Of a stretch of DNA of 64,000 nucleotides, positions 47,798 through 57,650 are shown piece by piece. The notes below the pieces were generated by a model, which made no database searches, had not been told where the DNA came from, and saw nothing but the letters and a program-made list of their open reading frames with translations. A program made the position numbers and the translations under genes. Source of the DNA: an uncultured Desulfobacteraceae bacterium (GTDB lineage Bacteria; Desulfobacterota; DSM-4660; Desulfatiglandales; B25-G16). Within the stretch, counting starts at the first letter, position 1, and the number at the start of each line of letters is the position of its first letter. The DNA lies in NCBI GenBank assembly GCA_964611035.1, contig CAZSWT010000001.1, positions 2,320 to 66,319 of the forward strand, in the 5' to 3' direction.

Positions 47798-48994
47798 ATG
47801 TTGACAAAAGCATTCATACCTTACAAGGGCTACTATTCGACCCCATTTTGCAGATGGCAGGGGGCTATGGCTAATGAAAATTCTATCTCATTAGGGGCAA
47901 CAACAGCCAACCGATGGCTGACAAAAAATAATTTTGACCCCACTATATTTGACTATATGTATTTTGGGATAACCATAGCACAACACCATCATTTTTATGG
48001 TCACACCTGGGCAGCAGCCATGTTAGTCAATGGTGCCAAGGATTTACCTGCCGTCATGGTCAATCAGGCATGCACTACATCAACTACCTGTATAAATCTT
48101 GCTGCCACAGATATAGAACTCGGAGCCTATGAGACAGGATTTGCCCTTATGACAGATCGCTGTTCCAATGGCCCACATACTATCTGGCCAAAACCCCTTG
48201 GACCAGGTGGAGAAGTAGAGTCAGAAAACTGGATGATGGACAATTTCAACTCTGATCCATGGGCAGGCCTAAAGATGATCCAGACGGCTGAGAATGTTGC
48301 CAAAGAGTTAGGAACAACTCGGGAAGAGTGCGATGCCGTCACATTAAGGAGATATGAACAATACCAGGACGCCATGGCCAATGATAGGGCCTTCCAGAAA
48401 AGATATATGTTTTCCCCAGAGGTCAAAATCTCTAAGAAGAAAACCATGTTAGTAGAAGAAGATGAGGGTGTGACCCCAACCTCAGCCGAAGGCCTGGCCA
48501 GACTCAAACCTGTTGAACCAGGAGGTGCACACACCTTTGGAGCACAGACATTTCCTGCGGATGGAAACTGCGGTGTTATTGTAACTACTCGGGATAAGGC
48601 CAAAGAACTAAGCGCAGATCCAAATGTTGAGATCCAGATTGTCTCATATGGGTTCTCAAGGGCAAAAAAGGGATATATGGCTGCGGCCCCTGTTCCCGCT
48701 GCACAGATGGCACTTGAAAAGGCAGGGATAAAAGTAGGAGATTTAAAGGCCGTCAAGACCCATCAGCCCTTTGCCATCAATGACATCTATATGGCCTCCA
48801 AGATGGGTATGGATGTTAATTGGATGAACAATTACGGAAATTCTATGATCTATGGCCACCCTCAAGGCCCTACAGCCGGCAGGATAATTATAGAGTTATT
48901 AGAAGAGGTCGTTATGCTTGGCGGTGGGTATTGTCTTTGGGCAGGGTGCGCCGCTGGCGATACAGGAGCAGCCCTGGTATTTAAGATAAGCTGA
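47798..48994 (+). CDS. Thiolase-family protein (non-canonical motifs)
   Basis: NQACTTS nucleophile Cys, HQPFA in place of NEAFA, GHPQG, CAAGDTG. Confidence 0.87.
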   Translation: MLTKAFIPYKGYYSTPFCRWQGAMANENSISLGATTANRWLTKNNFDPTIFDYMYFGITIAQHHHFYGHTWAAAMLVNGAKDLPAVMVNQACTTSTTCINLAATDIELGAYETGFALMTDRCSNGPHTIWPKPLGPGGEVESENWMMDNFNSDPWAGLKMIQTAENVAKELGTTREECDAVTLRRYEQYQDAMANDRAFQKRYMFSPEVKISKKKTMLVEEDEGVTPTSAEGLARLKPVEPGGAHTFGAQTFPADGNCGVIVTTRDKAKELSADPNVEIQIVSYGFSRAKKGYMAAAPVPAAQMALEKAGIKVGDLKAVKTHQPFAINDIYMASKMGMDVNWMNNYGNSMIYGHPQGPTAGRIIIELLEEVVMLGGGYCLWAGCAAGDTGAALVFKIS

Positions 48995-49772
48995 TCCCCC
49001 TTGCCTTTTCTCCAGCTATGACAGCCGCTCCAATAGCGGCTGTCAGGTGTGGATCTTCCGGTATAACAACCTCAAAACCTACTATCTCTTCAACTGCCTT
49101 AACCAGCCCCACATCCCTTGCCCCACCACCAACCAGGGCATAATCTCTTTCAATCCCTACCCTCTCTGCCAGGCTATTAATCTGTGCTGCCAGGGCCCTG
49201 TGAATCCCGGCCAGAAGGTCCTCTCTCGAAGCACCCTCAGCTATCCTCGATACTGCTTCGGTCTCCGCAAAAACAGCACATCCGGTGTTAAAATCTATCC
49301 TTTTCTGTGACTTTAATGACAGCGCCCCTATCTCCTCCACCTTTACCTGTAAAACCTTGGCAATTACCTTTAACACCCTGGCGCTCCCACCAGCACACTT
49401 GCCACTCAATAGAAATGTGAGCGAATTTCCTCTTTCATCAATCCGAAAGGCCTTGCTAAAGAGATCACCAACATCAACTACTGTCCTTACCGAGGGGAAA
49501 AGATAAAATATTCCTCTGCTATGACAGGATATGTCCGTAACTACCTCATCTGCCAAGGTTACACTTTTTGCGCCGTACCCAGTAGCAACTAAATACAGAA
49601 TATCATTCGAGGCTAACCCTGTCTTATAGAGCAGTTCCTCTTTAACCCTTTCAGCAGCTAATTTATAGTTTCCTCCGGAGGGCATTACATAAGACCCTAC
49701 GATCTTTTGATCACGCATGATTATACCTTTTGAAAATGCAGAACCTATATCAATCCCAATAACGCATGCCAT
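48981..49772 (-). CDS. BadF/BadG/BcrA/BcrD-family ATPase (acyl-CoA dehydratase activase type)
   Basis: GIDIGS, TGYG, KCAGG, CAVFAETE, GGGA. Confidence 0.88.
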   Translation of the reverse strand: MACVIGIDIGSAFSKGIIMRDQKIVGSYVMPSGGNYKLAAERVKEELLYKTGLASNDILYLVATGYGAKSVTLADEVVTDISCHSRGIFYLFPSVRTVVDVGDLFSKAFRIDERGNSLTFLLSGKCAGGSARVLKVIAKVLQVKVEEIGALSLKSQKRIDFNTGCAVFAETEAVSRIAEGASREDLLAGIHRALAAQINSLAERVGIERDYALVGGGARDVGLVKAVEEIVGFEVVIPEDPHLTAAIGAAVIAGEKARGISLS

Positions 49773-49831
49773 CAGTTACTCCAGCTTTTAATAGAATGTT
49801 ACTTGAGTGCATAGTCCGCATACCATGCATG

Positions 49832-50009
49832 TAAATGCCAAATGACAAAACCCAAATGTCAAATCAAATCTTCACCCTGTGGAATCCCCCGTAGGGGGTC
49901 CCTCAAAACGGGAATTCCACAGGGCAAGAATGCCTTAATGTCAAAGCGTTCCTATTTGGCATTTGGATTTTGGCATTCATTTTAACTTTGAACTTTGGCA
50001 TTTGAAATT
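49832..50009. repeat. Heptad CAAATG(T/A)-family inverted-repeat element with nested CTTCACCCTGT element
   Basis: Outer arms AAATGCCAAATGAC…/ATTTGGCATTTGG…; inner perfect 11-bp IR 49875-49885 / 49914-49924 enclosing CCCCC-GTA-GGGGG. Confidence 0.78.
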
Positions 50010-50079
50010 CTCAAGATGCGCTGCCAGTCCAAAATCTTATTTTAAAGTCTACACCTTATCTTAACTTTATAATATCTTT

Positions 50080-51201
50080 CTAATCCAACCTTTTTCTAAC
50101 CCTTTTTATTGAGCCTGCAAACACAATCGCCCCAAGAATAATCAATGCAACGAATTGGGGCCACAGTATTTTCAGGCCCACCCCCTTCAAAAAGATCCCC
50201 CTGATAATAACCAAAAAATACCTTAGTGGATTCAAATAGGTCAACCACTGAATTACCGCTGGCATGTTCTCAATGGGAAAAACGAAACCGCTGAACATGA
50301 AAAGAGGAAGGATGAAAAAAAAGGTGGTCATCATGGCCTGTTGCTGCGTGGTGGATATGGTAGATATAAATAGCCCCAGGCCCAAGGTGCTCATTATGAA
50401 AAGAAGTGCACCAATAAATATAAGTGGCACACTCCCGTTAAAGGGAATTTTGAACCAAAAGATTGCAAATAGGCTCACTCCTGCCATCTGTGCTAATGAA
50501 ATAATTACATAGGGGATCGTTTTGCCGAGGATTAATTCTGATGGCCTTATGGGTGTAACGATCAACTGCTCCATGGTTCCTGCCTCCCTCTCCTTTATAA
50601 TTGCCATTGAGGTAAATAGCAACGTGGTAAGCATGATCAAAAAGGCCACAATACCCGGAACATAAAAATTATGACTATAGAGGTTGGGGTTATACCAGGT
50701 ACGTATCCTGGCATCTATTTTGCCATAGACAATTTTTTGAGGGTAGAGCTCATCGATCAAATGTTGATTAAATCGATCTATAACTAATGAGGCATAGGCT
50801 ATCCTCACAGATGCCATGTTGCTCATACTGCCATCTGCGATAATCTGTATCCCTGCGGTTTGTCCTTTCCTGATCTTACTGGTAAAATCCGGCCCGATTT
50901 TGACAGCAAGATCAATTTTTCGGGTAAGCAGTAGTTCTTCCAGGCCCTCTGGGTTTTGCGGGTAATTGATTATCCTAAACGTCCTATTGGCATTTAAGGC
51001 ATCAATGAGCATCCTGCTCTCTCTTGTTTTTGACTGATCGAGAAAACCTATTCTTATATCCCGAACATCGGTTGTTACCACATAGCCAAAAACGATTAAC
51101 TGCACAAGAGGGGCTATAATTAAGAGAGGCCTGTTGTTTTTATCCCTAAAAAGCTGGATAAATTCCTTTCTCACAAATTCTCGAACCCTGAGCCAGCTCA
51201 C
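50080..51201 (-). CDS. ABC-2 exporter permease (YbhR-like)
   Basis: REFVRKEFIQ, KEREAGTMEQLIVTP, multiple TM helices. Confidence 0.92.
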   Translation of the reverse strand: MSWLRVREFVRKEFIQLFRDKNNRPLLIIAPLVQLIVFGYVVTTDVRDIRIGFLDQSKTRESRMLIDALNANRTFRIINYPQNPEGLEELLLTRKIDLAVKIGPDFTSKIRKGQTAGIQIIADGSMSNMASVRIAYASLVIDRFNQHLIDELYPQKIVYGKIDARIRTWYNPNLYSHNFYVPGIVAFLIMLTTLLFTSMAIIKEREAGTMEQLIVTPIRPSELILGKTIPYVIISLAQMAGVSLFAIFWFKIPFNGSVPLIFIGALLFIMSTLGLGLFISTISTTQQQAMMTTFFFILPLFMFSGFVFPIENMPAVIQWLTYLNPLRYFLVIIRGIFLKGVGLKILWPQFVALIILGAIVFAGSIKRVRKRLD

Positions 51202-51202
51202 C

Positions 51203-52336
51203 TTACATGCCCTCTCTTTTCATCAACACAAGATTCATTACTGAAAGCACCATAAACATTACAGTAAGAATAAGGTAGCTCGTCCACAGATTGGTCAGTC
51301 CAAGGTTCCGTAAATACAGGCCATTCAGAATATCTATAAAATATGTGGCAGGAACCGCATAGGTTATCATTTGTAATACCTCGGGCATATTCACCACAGG
51401 AAAGACAAAATCGGAAAGAAGAAGCGATGGAAGGTATGTGATCAATATCGCAAGAATATTGGCCACGAGCTGGGATTTAGTCACAATGGAAATAAGGAGC
51501 CCCAGACTAAGGGCCACTAAAAGATAAAGGGAGGATGCCAGCACCATCAGCCAGAAATTCGATCGCATGACTATACCAAACAGGACCTGACCCATAAAAA
51601 CAGCCACAAGCACATCAGCAATGCCTATCAGGAAATATGGAATAGCCTTGCCCGTTAAAAACTCCCCGGCCCTTATCGGCAGGGAAAGTATCGTTTCCAT
51701 GGTGCCATTTTCATATTCCCTTGCCACCACCAACGAGGTCAACATTGCACCTACAATCATGATAATGATTGCAATAATTCCAGGGACAATGAAATTACGG
51801 CTCTCCAGATCCTCGTTGAACCAGACCCGTATTCGTGCCTCGACAGGTGGATTTATTTTCTCTTTTCCATGACGACTGAGAAAAGCAAGGAGACGACCAC
51901 GGTTGTACCTTTCAACAAAGGCCGTAATGTAGCCCCTCGATATACCGGCAAAATTGGGATCACTCCCATCGAGCAGCACCTGGAGCGGTGTTTCACGGTC
52001 TGCCTTAATATCCCTGGTCCAGTCCGGGGGAATAATTATGGCCATGGTTGTACGTCCCTGGTCAAGGTATTCCGTGGCAGCAACTGTATCTGAAAGGTGC
52101 TGGATAACATTAAAATAAGAAGATGCGTCAAGTTTGCAAATAAAATCCCGGCTTAATTCGGTTTTATCATAATCGACTACCACGGTTTTGACATTATCCA
52201 CGTCCAGGCTAAGGGCATACCCAAATATTAAAATAAGCAAAAGGGGAATAATAAATGCTAAATAGAGACTTCTGAAGTCCCTGATCAGATGGTAAAACTC
52301 CTTTCGTGCAATGGCTTTGATATGTATGAGGTTCAA
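51203..52336 (-). CDS. ABC-2 exporter permease (YbhS-like)
   Basis: RKEFYHL, LDGSD, REYENGTME. Confidence 0.92.
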   Translation of the reverse strand: MNLIHIKAIARKEFYHLIRDFRSLYLAFIIPLLLILIFGYALSLDVDNVKTVVVDYDKTELSRDFICKLDASSYFNVIQHLSDTVAATEYLDQGRTTMAIIIPPDWTRDIKADRETPLQVLLDGSDPNFAGISRGYITAFVERYNRGRLLAFLSRHGKEKINPPVEARIRVWFNEDLESRNFIVPGIIAIIIMIVGAMLTSLVVAREYENGTMETILSLPIRAGEFLTGKAIPYFLIGIADVLVAVFMGQVLFGIVMRSNFWLMVLASSLYLLVALSLGLLISIVTKSQLVANILAILITYLPSLLLSDFVFPVVNMPEVLQMITYAVPATYFIDILNGLYLRNLGLTNLWTSYLILTVMFMVLSVMNLVLMKREGM

Positions 52337-53092
52337 TTAGCTCTTTCTCCTTGACATCAACTGGATGAACACATCATTCAAGTCTGCGTCTGGTCGCTCT
52401 GGAAATATCTCGCAAATTATCTCTGATGGACTACCAGTGGCCACAATCTTTCCCTCGTTGATCATTATGATCTTCTGGCAGTTACGAGCCTCATCCATGT
52501 AGTGTGTGGTCACAAAAACCGTCATTCCATCCTGTGCAAGATGATCGATAAATTCCCAGAAATGCCGCCGGGTAATGGGATCTACCCCTGAGGTAGGCTC
52601 ATCCAGAAAAAGAATTTCAGGGCGGTGAAGCAGGGCGCAGCCCAAAGCCAGACGCTGGCGCCATCCAGGGGGTAACTCCCGAGTTATGCGGTGTCTGACA
52701 TCTTGCAACTGGGTTATGTCAAGCACCCATTCGATCCGATCCTCCCACTGCTCGGATGGCAGGTTATAGACACCCAAATAAAAACGTATATTCTCAAAAG
52801 GCGTCATATCCGCGTAAAGGGAAAATTTCTGTGACATATACCCTATAGAATGCTTGATTTCCTCAGCCTCTGAGAAGATATCATGACCCGCAACCCTTCC
52901 ATATCCTGAAGTAGGGGTTATAATACCGCAGAGCATACGTATGGTGGTCGATTTTCCCGCACCGTTTGGACCCAGAAAACCGAAAATTTCCCCTCTCTTG
53001 ACAGAGAAGGTAATCCTGTCAACAGCAACAAATCGGCCAAACCTCTTCTCTAAATTCTCAACATAAATAGCCTCAGAATCGGAAAGTATCAT
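52337..53092 (-). CDS. ABC transporter ATP-binding protein
   Basis: GPNGAGKST, LPPGWRQR variant signature, FLDEPTSGVD. Confidence 0.93.
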   Translation of the reverse strand: MILSDSEAIYVENLEKRFGRFVAVDRITFSVKRGEIFGFLGPNGAGKSTTIRMLCGIITPTSGYGRVAGHDIFSEAEEIKHSIGYMSQKFSLYADMTPFENIRFYLGVYNLPSEQWEDRIEWVLDITQLQDVRHRITRELPPGWRQRLALGCALLHRPEILFLDEPTSGVDPITRRHFWEFIDHLAQDGMTVFVTTHYMDEARNCQKIIMINEGKIVATGSPSEIICEIFPERPDADLNDVFIQLMSRRKS

Positions 53093-53876
53093 GTAAAAGC
53101 TCCTTATCTACCTCCTTTATACGATCGATTATTGCCTCCTCAAGGCTGGAAAAGTGGGATTGAATTTGTTTAGGGGTTGCCGTTAGAAAAATATGGGATT
53201 GATGCATAAGGGCCAGGTGATCACATTTTTCCCCCTCATCCAGATAGGCCGTTGAAATAAGGATTGTCATACCTTCCCGCTTCATTTCTGTGAGGATGTT
53301 CCAAAACTCCTGCCGAGATACGGGGTCAACACCATTAGTAGGCTCATCTAAAATAAGAACCCTTGGTTCATGAACCAGAACACAGGCCAAACCCAGCTTT
53401 TGCTTCATACCTCCGGAGAGCTCACCCGCCAGCCTTTCATAGAACGGAAAAAGGGTTGAAAAACCGAGATATCGCTTCCTTCTCCTGATTCTTTCAGGCC
53501 CGGATATACCGAAAATATCCATGAAAAAATCAAGATTTTCCCCAACCGTGAGATCCTTGTAAAGCCCAAAACGCTGGGGCATATATCCTATCAAGTGCTT
53601 TATGCGTGCCCTTTGGGACACTACATCCAGTCCCTCTATTAAGATTCTGCCTGAAGATGGCCTGATCATCGTTGCTATCATTCGAAGCAGTGTTGATTTT
53701 CCTGCTCCATCAGAACCTATCAGACCGAATATGCTGCCCTCTCTTACATGTAACGAAACATTTTTGACAGCATCGACGAGTCCAAAGTTCTTAGAAACTT
53801 TATTGACTTGAATAAGTGGGTTCTCGGGAGGTTTATCAGGTTTCATGTCCGACATGCCATTATCGTAACCAGGCAT
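53073..53876 (-). CDS. ABC transporter ATP-binding protein
   Basis: GSDGAGKST, LSGGMKQK, LDEPTNGVD; true start probably 53855 or 53846. Confidence 0.92.
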   Translation of the reverse strand: MPGYDNGMSDMKPDKPPENPLIQVNKVSKNFGLVDAVKNVSLHVREGSIFGLIGSDGAGKSTLLRMIATMIRPSSGRILIEGLDVVSQRARIKHLIGYMPQRFGLYKDLTVGENLDFFMDIFGISGPERIRRRKRYLGFSTLFPFYERLAGELSGGMKQKLGLACVLVHEPRVLILDEPTNGVDPVSRQEFWNILTEMKREGMTILISTAYLDEGEKCDHLALMHQSHIFLTATPKQIQSHFSSLEEAIIDRIKEVDKELLHDTFRF

Positions 53877-55026
53877 CAGCGGGCATTCCTGACTTTAATT
53901 CAAGGTCTGGATTTGGGATAAACACCTTGACAAGGTATACAAGTTTTACCCTTTCTTTTTGGGTCTGGATGATCTTCGGCGTGAATTCCCCCTCAGGTGA
54001 GATAAATGATACTGTTCCGCTATATATCTTATCAGGAAAGGTATCAACCTTTATATCAACTAACTGGCCTGGCTTGACCCTGCCGATTTCTTTCTCGCCA
54101 ACAAATATCTTCAGATCAACAGAGGAAAGATCTGACAGAGACAACACGTCTCGTCCAGGTAAAACCACTTCGCCAGGCTCCACATTCCGGCTGCTTATTA
54201 CCCCATCAAAGGGTGCTCGTAATTGCGTATATCTCAGTTGAGTTTCAGCCACTTTAAGGGATGATTGAGCCATCTTAACCTGTGACGTGGCTGCCTCAAC
54301 TTCTTTTTCTGCCGCCTTTATTTTCGTTAAATTATCTGTTGCCTGTCTGAGAACAGCCTTTCCCTCGGCAAGCCGAGCTCGTGCAGTCTGAATAGTTTCT
54401 TTTCTGACCCCCTCACGCAGCATATCAAACATTTCCTTGGCCTTTTCAAACTCTTTTACGGCGGTTTCGTATTTTAGTTTTACAGCGTCCCATTCCCTCT
54501 CTGAAACAAGACTCTTTTGAAAGAGATTATCATACCGTTCCTTGTTTTTCTTTGCCTCTTCCATAACATCTTGAGCAGTCAAAAACGCCAGTCTGGCCCT
54601 CTCTATATCCTGCTCCCTATAACCGGCTTCCAACTCATGTAATTGTGAGCTCAGGGCCTGTACGCCTGCCGCAGCTCTTGCAATCTCATTCGGGAGTGTC
54701 TTCTTATAGAGCTCCAAAACTAACACCAGCTTCTGCACATTTTTTATGGAATTCTCTAAACCGGCCTGTGCCTGTTCATATCGTGCCTTGTATTCGGATT
54801 GGTCAAGGGATGCCAGGAGCTGATCCCTTTTAACAAATTCACCTCCATTCACCAAGACTTCAACAATTCGGCCACTTACCTGAAAGCCAAGCTCCGCCTG
54901 TTTTGCCTCAATGGTACCGGAGTAGTACAACTCCTTCATCTGTAAATTTCTCTGACCATTGTACACAAGGAGGCCTACACCAAAAAGCAGGCAAAAAAAT
55001 AGTATTGCGATAACCTTCTTCTTCAA
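53860..55026 (-). CDS. HlyD-family periplasmic adaptor (YbhG-like)
   Basis: N-terminal TM, SGTIEA…SGRI, long coiled coil, APFDG, EFTPK. Confidence 0.92.
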   Translation of the reverse strand: MKKKVIAILFFCLLFGVGLLVYNGQRNLQMKELYYSGTIEAKQAELGFQVSGRIVEVLVNGGEFVKRDQLLASLDQSEYKARYEQAQAGLENSIKNVQKLVLVLELYKKTLPNEIARAAAGVQALSSQLHELEAGYREQDIERARLAFLTAQDVMEEAKKNKERYDNLFQKSLVSEREWDAVKLKYETAVKEFEKAKEMFDMLREGVRKETIQTARARLAEGKAVLRQATDNLTKIKAAEKEVEAATSQVKMAQSSLKVAETQLRYTQLRAPFDGVISSRNVEPGEVVLPGRDVLSLSDLSSVDLKIFVGEKEIGRVKPGQLVDIKVDTFPDKIYSGTVSFISPEGEFTPKIIQTQKERVKLVYLVKVFIPNPDLELKSGMPADAWLR

Positions 55027-55130
55027 ACCGGTACCCCCAAAGAGAACTTTTATACCATTTCATGCAATTATAATGCAATGCGAAATGTACCTCAACACCA
55101 AAGGACCTTTTTAGGTATCAGGTTCCACTA

Positions 55131-55685
55131 TTACTGCAGCAAAGCTTGTTTATTGCGTTGAGTATAACCTATAATCTTTTCAACAAGCATATTCCGATTT
55201 TGTCCTGATATATATATCAAACGAACATCATCACGTTCCTTTATTTTTTGAATAAAAGGATCACCTTTTTGGGCTATCGAGCCGATTATCCAATTTTGTA
55301 AGGGCAACACCCTCATTAGAGCATCCCTAAACAGCAAAGAGAAGCACTCCATCTTACCAATCTCATCAATCACCACGATCACATCTTTCCCTCTGGGCAT
55401 TATAGAGGGAATGGCAATATTGTCTATATCTTCAATATTAATCCCATATTTGCCCACCCTATATTCGCTCCTAATAGATTTGTGCGCTAGAATGCCTTCC
55501 CTTCCATCCAAGGTATTTATAGAAAAACCCACCCTTCTGCCTCTCTCTTTTATCTCCCTGGTAAAAAAGCCAGTTACAGGCTCCTCCATTCTATTGATAA
55601 TCTTTTCTATTAAGGTTGATTTTCCGCATCCAGGTGGGCCAGTGATAAGCATATTCCTTTTTTTCATTGTGAAGAGTGTCTTCAT
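55131..55685 (-). CDS. THEP1-type nucleoside triphosphatase
   Basis: ITGPPGCGKST, GFFTREI…RVGF, VGKYG, IDEIGKME. Confidence 0.88.
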   Translation of the reverse strand: MKTLFTMKKRNMLITGPPGCGKSTLIEKIINRMEEPVTGFFTREIKERGRRVGFSINTLDGREGILAHKSIRSEYRVGKYGINIEDIDNIAIPSIMPRGKDVIVVIDEIGKMECFSLLFRDALMRVLPLQNWIIGSIAQKGDPFIQKIKERDDVRLIYISGQNRNMLVEKIIGYTQRNKQALLQ

Positions 55686-56479
55686 GTCTTTCTAAAAATA
55701 TAGGGTTGGCCATGAAAAGGTACAAAATTGTTTGATTCGAAAGGTAATTTCTCATGGCTGCCTATGATCAAAAACCCACCCTGCGTCAGACTATTCACTA
55801 CCTTCCGAAACGCAGGCTGCTTGATCTCATCTCTGTAGTAAGTAAGGAGATTGTTCCTTAGAAAAATTATTTGAAAATTATTCTCTTCAAAATTATGCAA
55901 CATATTGTGCACTTTCCAGGAAATTCCTTTTTGTAAAGATGGGTTTATTCTGAATACGTTTTCATCTTCTTGAAAAATAAAATAGATTTCTCTCAATTCC
56001 TGTCCTACCTCTTTCATACTACTTATAGCATATATTCTCTCCCGAGCTCTTCTGAGATAGACCGGGTTGATATCTGTTGCCCATACCTCAATCTCTGGCA
56101 TATAGTCAAACCGACTGCGCAGAGTTTCCCACAGCATCTTCATGCTGTACACCTCCTCGCCACAGGCACAGCCAGCATCCCAAAATTTTACCTTCTCTCT
56201 GTTTTCACGTATAATTTCAGGCACTATCTGATCTTCTATTATTTTCCAAAGCATACGGTCACGAAAAAAGCGGCTTACAGAAACTGTCATTAAGCATTCA
56301 CACTGCTGCCTAACACCCTCATCCCTCTCTAAAATATGAAAATATTCATCTACACTTCTGCATCCAAGCTGCTGCATATGCCTGCTAATTCTCTTTTTAA
56401 CCCCTTTTCGCACTCTCCTGTAACCATCCCAAGAGTAGCAGAAATAATCAAGAAGTTGACGAAATTGTAAATCATCCAT
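55682..56479 (-). CDS. CheR-type SAM-dependent methyltransferase (no chemotaxis genes nearby)
   Basis: VSRFFRD, WDAGCACGEEVYS, ATDIN, LRNNLLTY. Confidence 0.85.
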   Translation of the reverse strand: MDDLQFRQLLDYFCYSWDGYRRVRKGVKKRISRHMQQLGCRSVDEYFHILERDEGVRQQCECLMTVSVSRFFRDRMLWKIIEDQIVPEIIRENREKVKFWDAGCACGEEVYSMKMLWETLRSRFDYMPEIEVWATDINPVYLRRARERIYAISSMKEVGQELREIYFIFQEDENVFRINPSLQKGISWKVHNMLHNFEENNFQIIFLRNNLLTYYRDEIKQPAFRKVVNSLTQGGFLIIGSHEKLPFESNNFVPFHGQPYIFRKT

Positions 56480-56568
56480 AAGGTACTCTTATTATATAGC
56501 AGAAAATATTTTACGTATATGACATAATAAAATCATGTAATTATTTACTTTAATAAAACTATTTAACA

Positions 56569-57588
56569 ATGCATAAATCTTTACTTTTTAAGCCACTTGA
56601 AAATAATGTCATTCAATGTCAAATATGCCAGCGGCGTTGTAAGATAGCTCCTGGAAAAAAAGGGTTCTGTAAAACTCGAAAAAATATAAACGGAGAACTC
56701 TATTCCTTAACTTATGCGAAGGTTTCATCAATGCGGGTTTCTCCAATAGAAATAAAACCTCTCTTCCATTTTTACCCCGGAAGCAAATGGCTTTCCCTGG
56801 GCTCTCTGGGGTGTAACTTCATGTGTCCTGGATGTCAAAACTGGGGAATTTCCCACGCAGACATTGATAAAGAAATCACATTCACCGAATATATCTCACC
56901 TGAAAAGGTAGTTCAGCTCGCAATAAAAGATAACTGTAAAGGCATTTCCTGGACATATAATGAGCCTACCCTTTCCTTAGAATACACACTGGATACAGCA
57001 AAATTAGCCAAGGACCAAGGCCTGCTAACAAACTATGTAACAAATGGCTATATTACTCCAGAGGCCATGAATCTTCTCGGCCCCTATTTAGACGCTTACA
57101 GGGTCGACCTAAAAGGATTTTCTTCCCATACCTATAAAAGGATTGCAAATATTTCAAATTTTGAAGGAATCTTAAAAATCATAAAAATGGCCAAATATAA
57201 ATGGAATATGCATATTGAGATTATCACTAACCTTACGCCCGGATACAATGATAATGAAGAGGAGTTACATGCTATGGCACGGTGGATTGCAGATCAGATG
57301 GGGACTGAAACCCCCTGGCATATCACGAGATTCTTTCCCCACTTTAAATTATCCCACTGTGATTATACATCCATACCCGCGCTGGAACAAGCCAGACAAA
57401 TTGGCATGGATAAAGGACTGAAATATGTGTATCTCGGAAATGTTCCTGGTCATTTAGCAGAAAATACCTACTGCCCCCAATGCGGAAAACTGCTCATTGA
57501 AAGACGAAATTACCAAATACTAAAATATAACTTGAAAGGAAATAAATGTAAATTTTGCAATCAGACAATAGCCGGATATTTTGAATAG
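56569..57588 (+). CDS. AmmeMemoRadiSam-type radical SAM enzyme
   Basis: CQICQRRC…C N-terminus, PIEIKPLFHFYPG, CNFMCPGCQN, TYNEP, YVYLGNV, C-terminal zinc ribbon. Confidence 0.9.
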   Translation: MHKSLLFKPLENNVIQCQICQRRCKIAPGKKGFCKTRKNINGELYSLTYAKVSSMRVSPIEIKPLFHFYPGSKWLSLGSLGCNFMCPGCQNWGISHADIDKEITFTEYISPEKVVQLAIKDNCKGISWTYNEPTLSLEYTLDTAKLAKDQGLLTNYVTNGYITPEAMNLLGPYLDAYRVDLKGFSSHTYKRIANISNFEGILKIIKMAKYKWNMHIEIITNLTPGYNDNEEELHAMARWIADQMGTETPWHITRFFPHFKLSHCDYTSIPALEQARQIGMDKGLKYVYLGNVPGHLAENTYCPQCGKLLIERRNYQILKYNLKGNKCKFCNQTIAGYFE

Positions 57589-57650
57589 TCCTCTAACGCC
57601 ACTAAGAATATTTTATACATACCCCCTAAAAATCTCTCATACATCTTCCA

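Noticed and set aside
52337-53876. Frameshifted single YbhF-like ABC ATPase
   Set aside because: Each ORF has its own start region and complete Walker A/B, so two separate genes is the simpler reading
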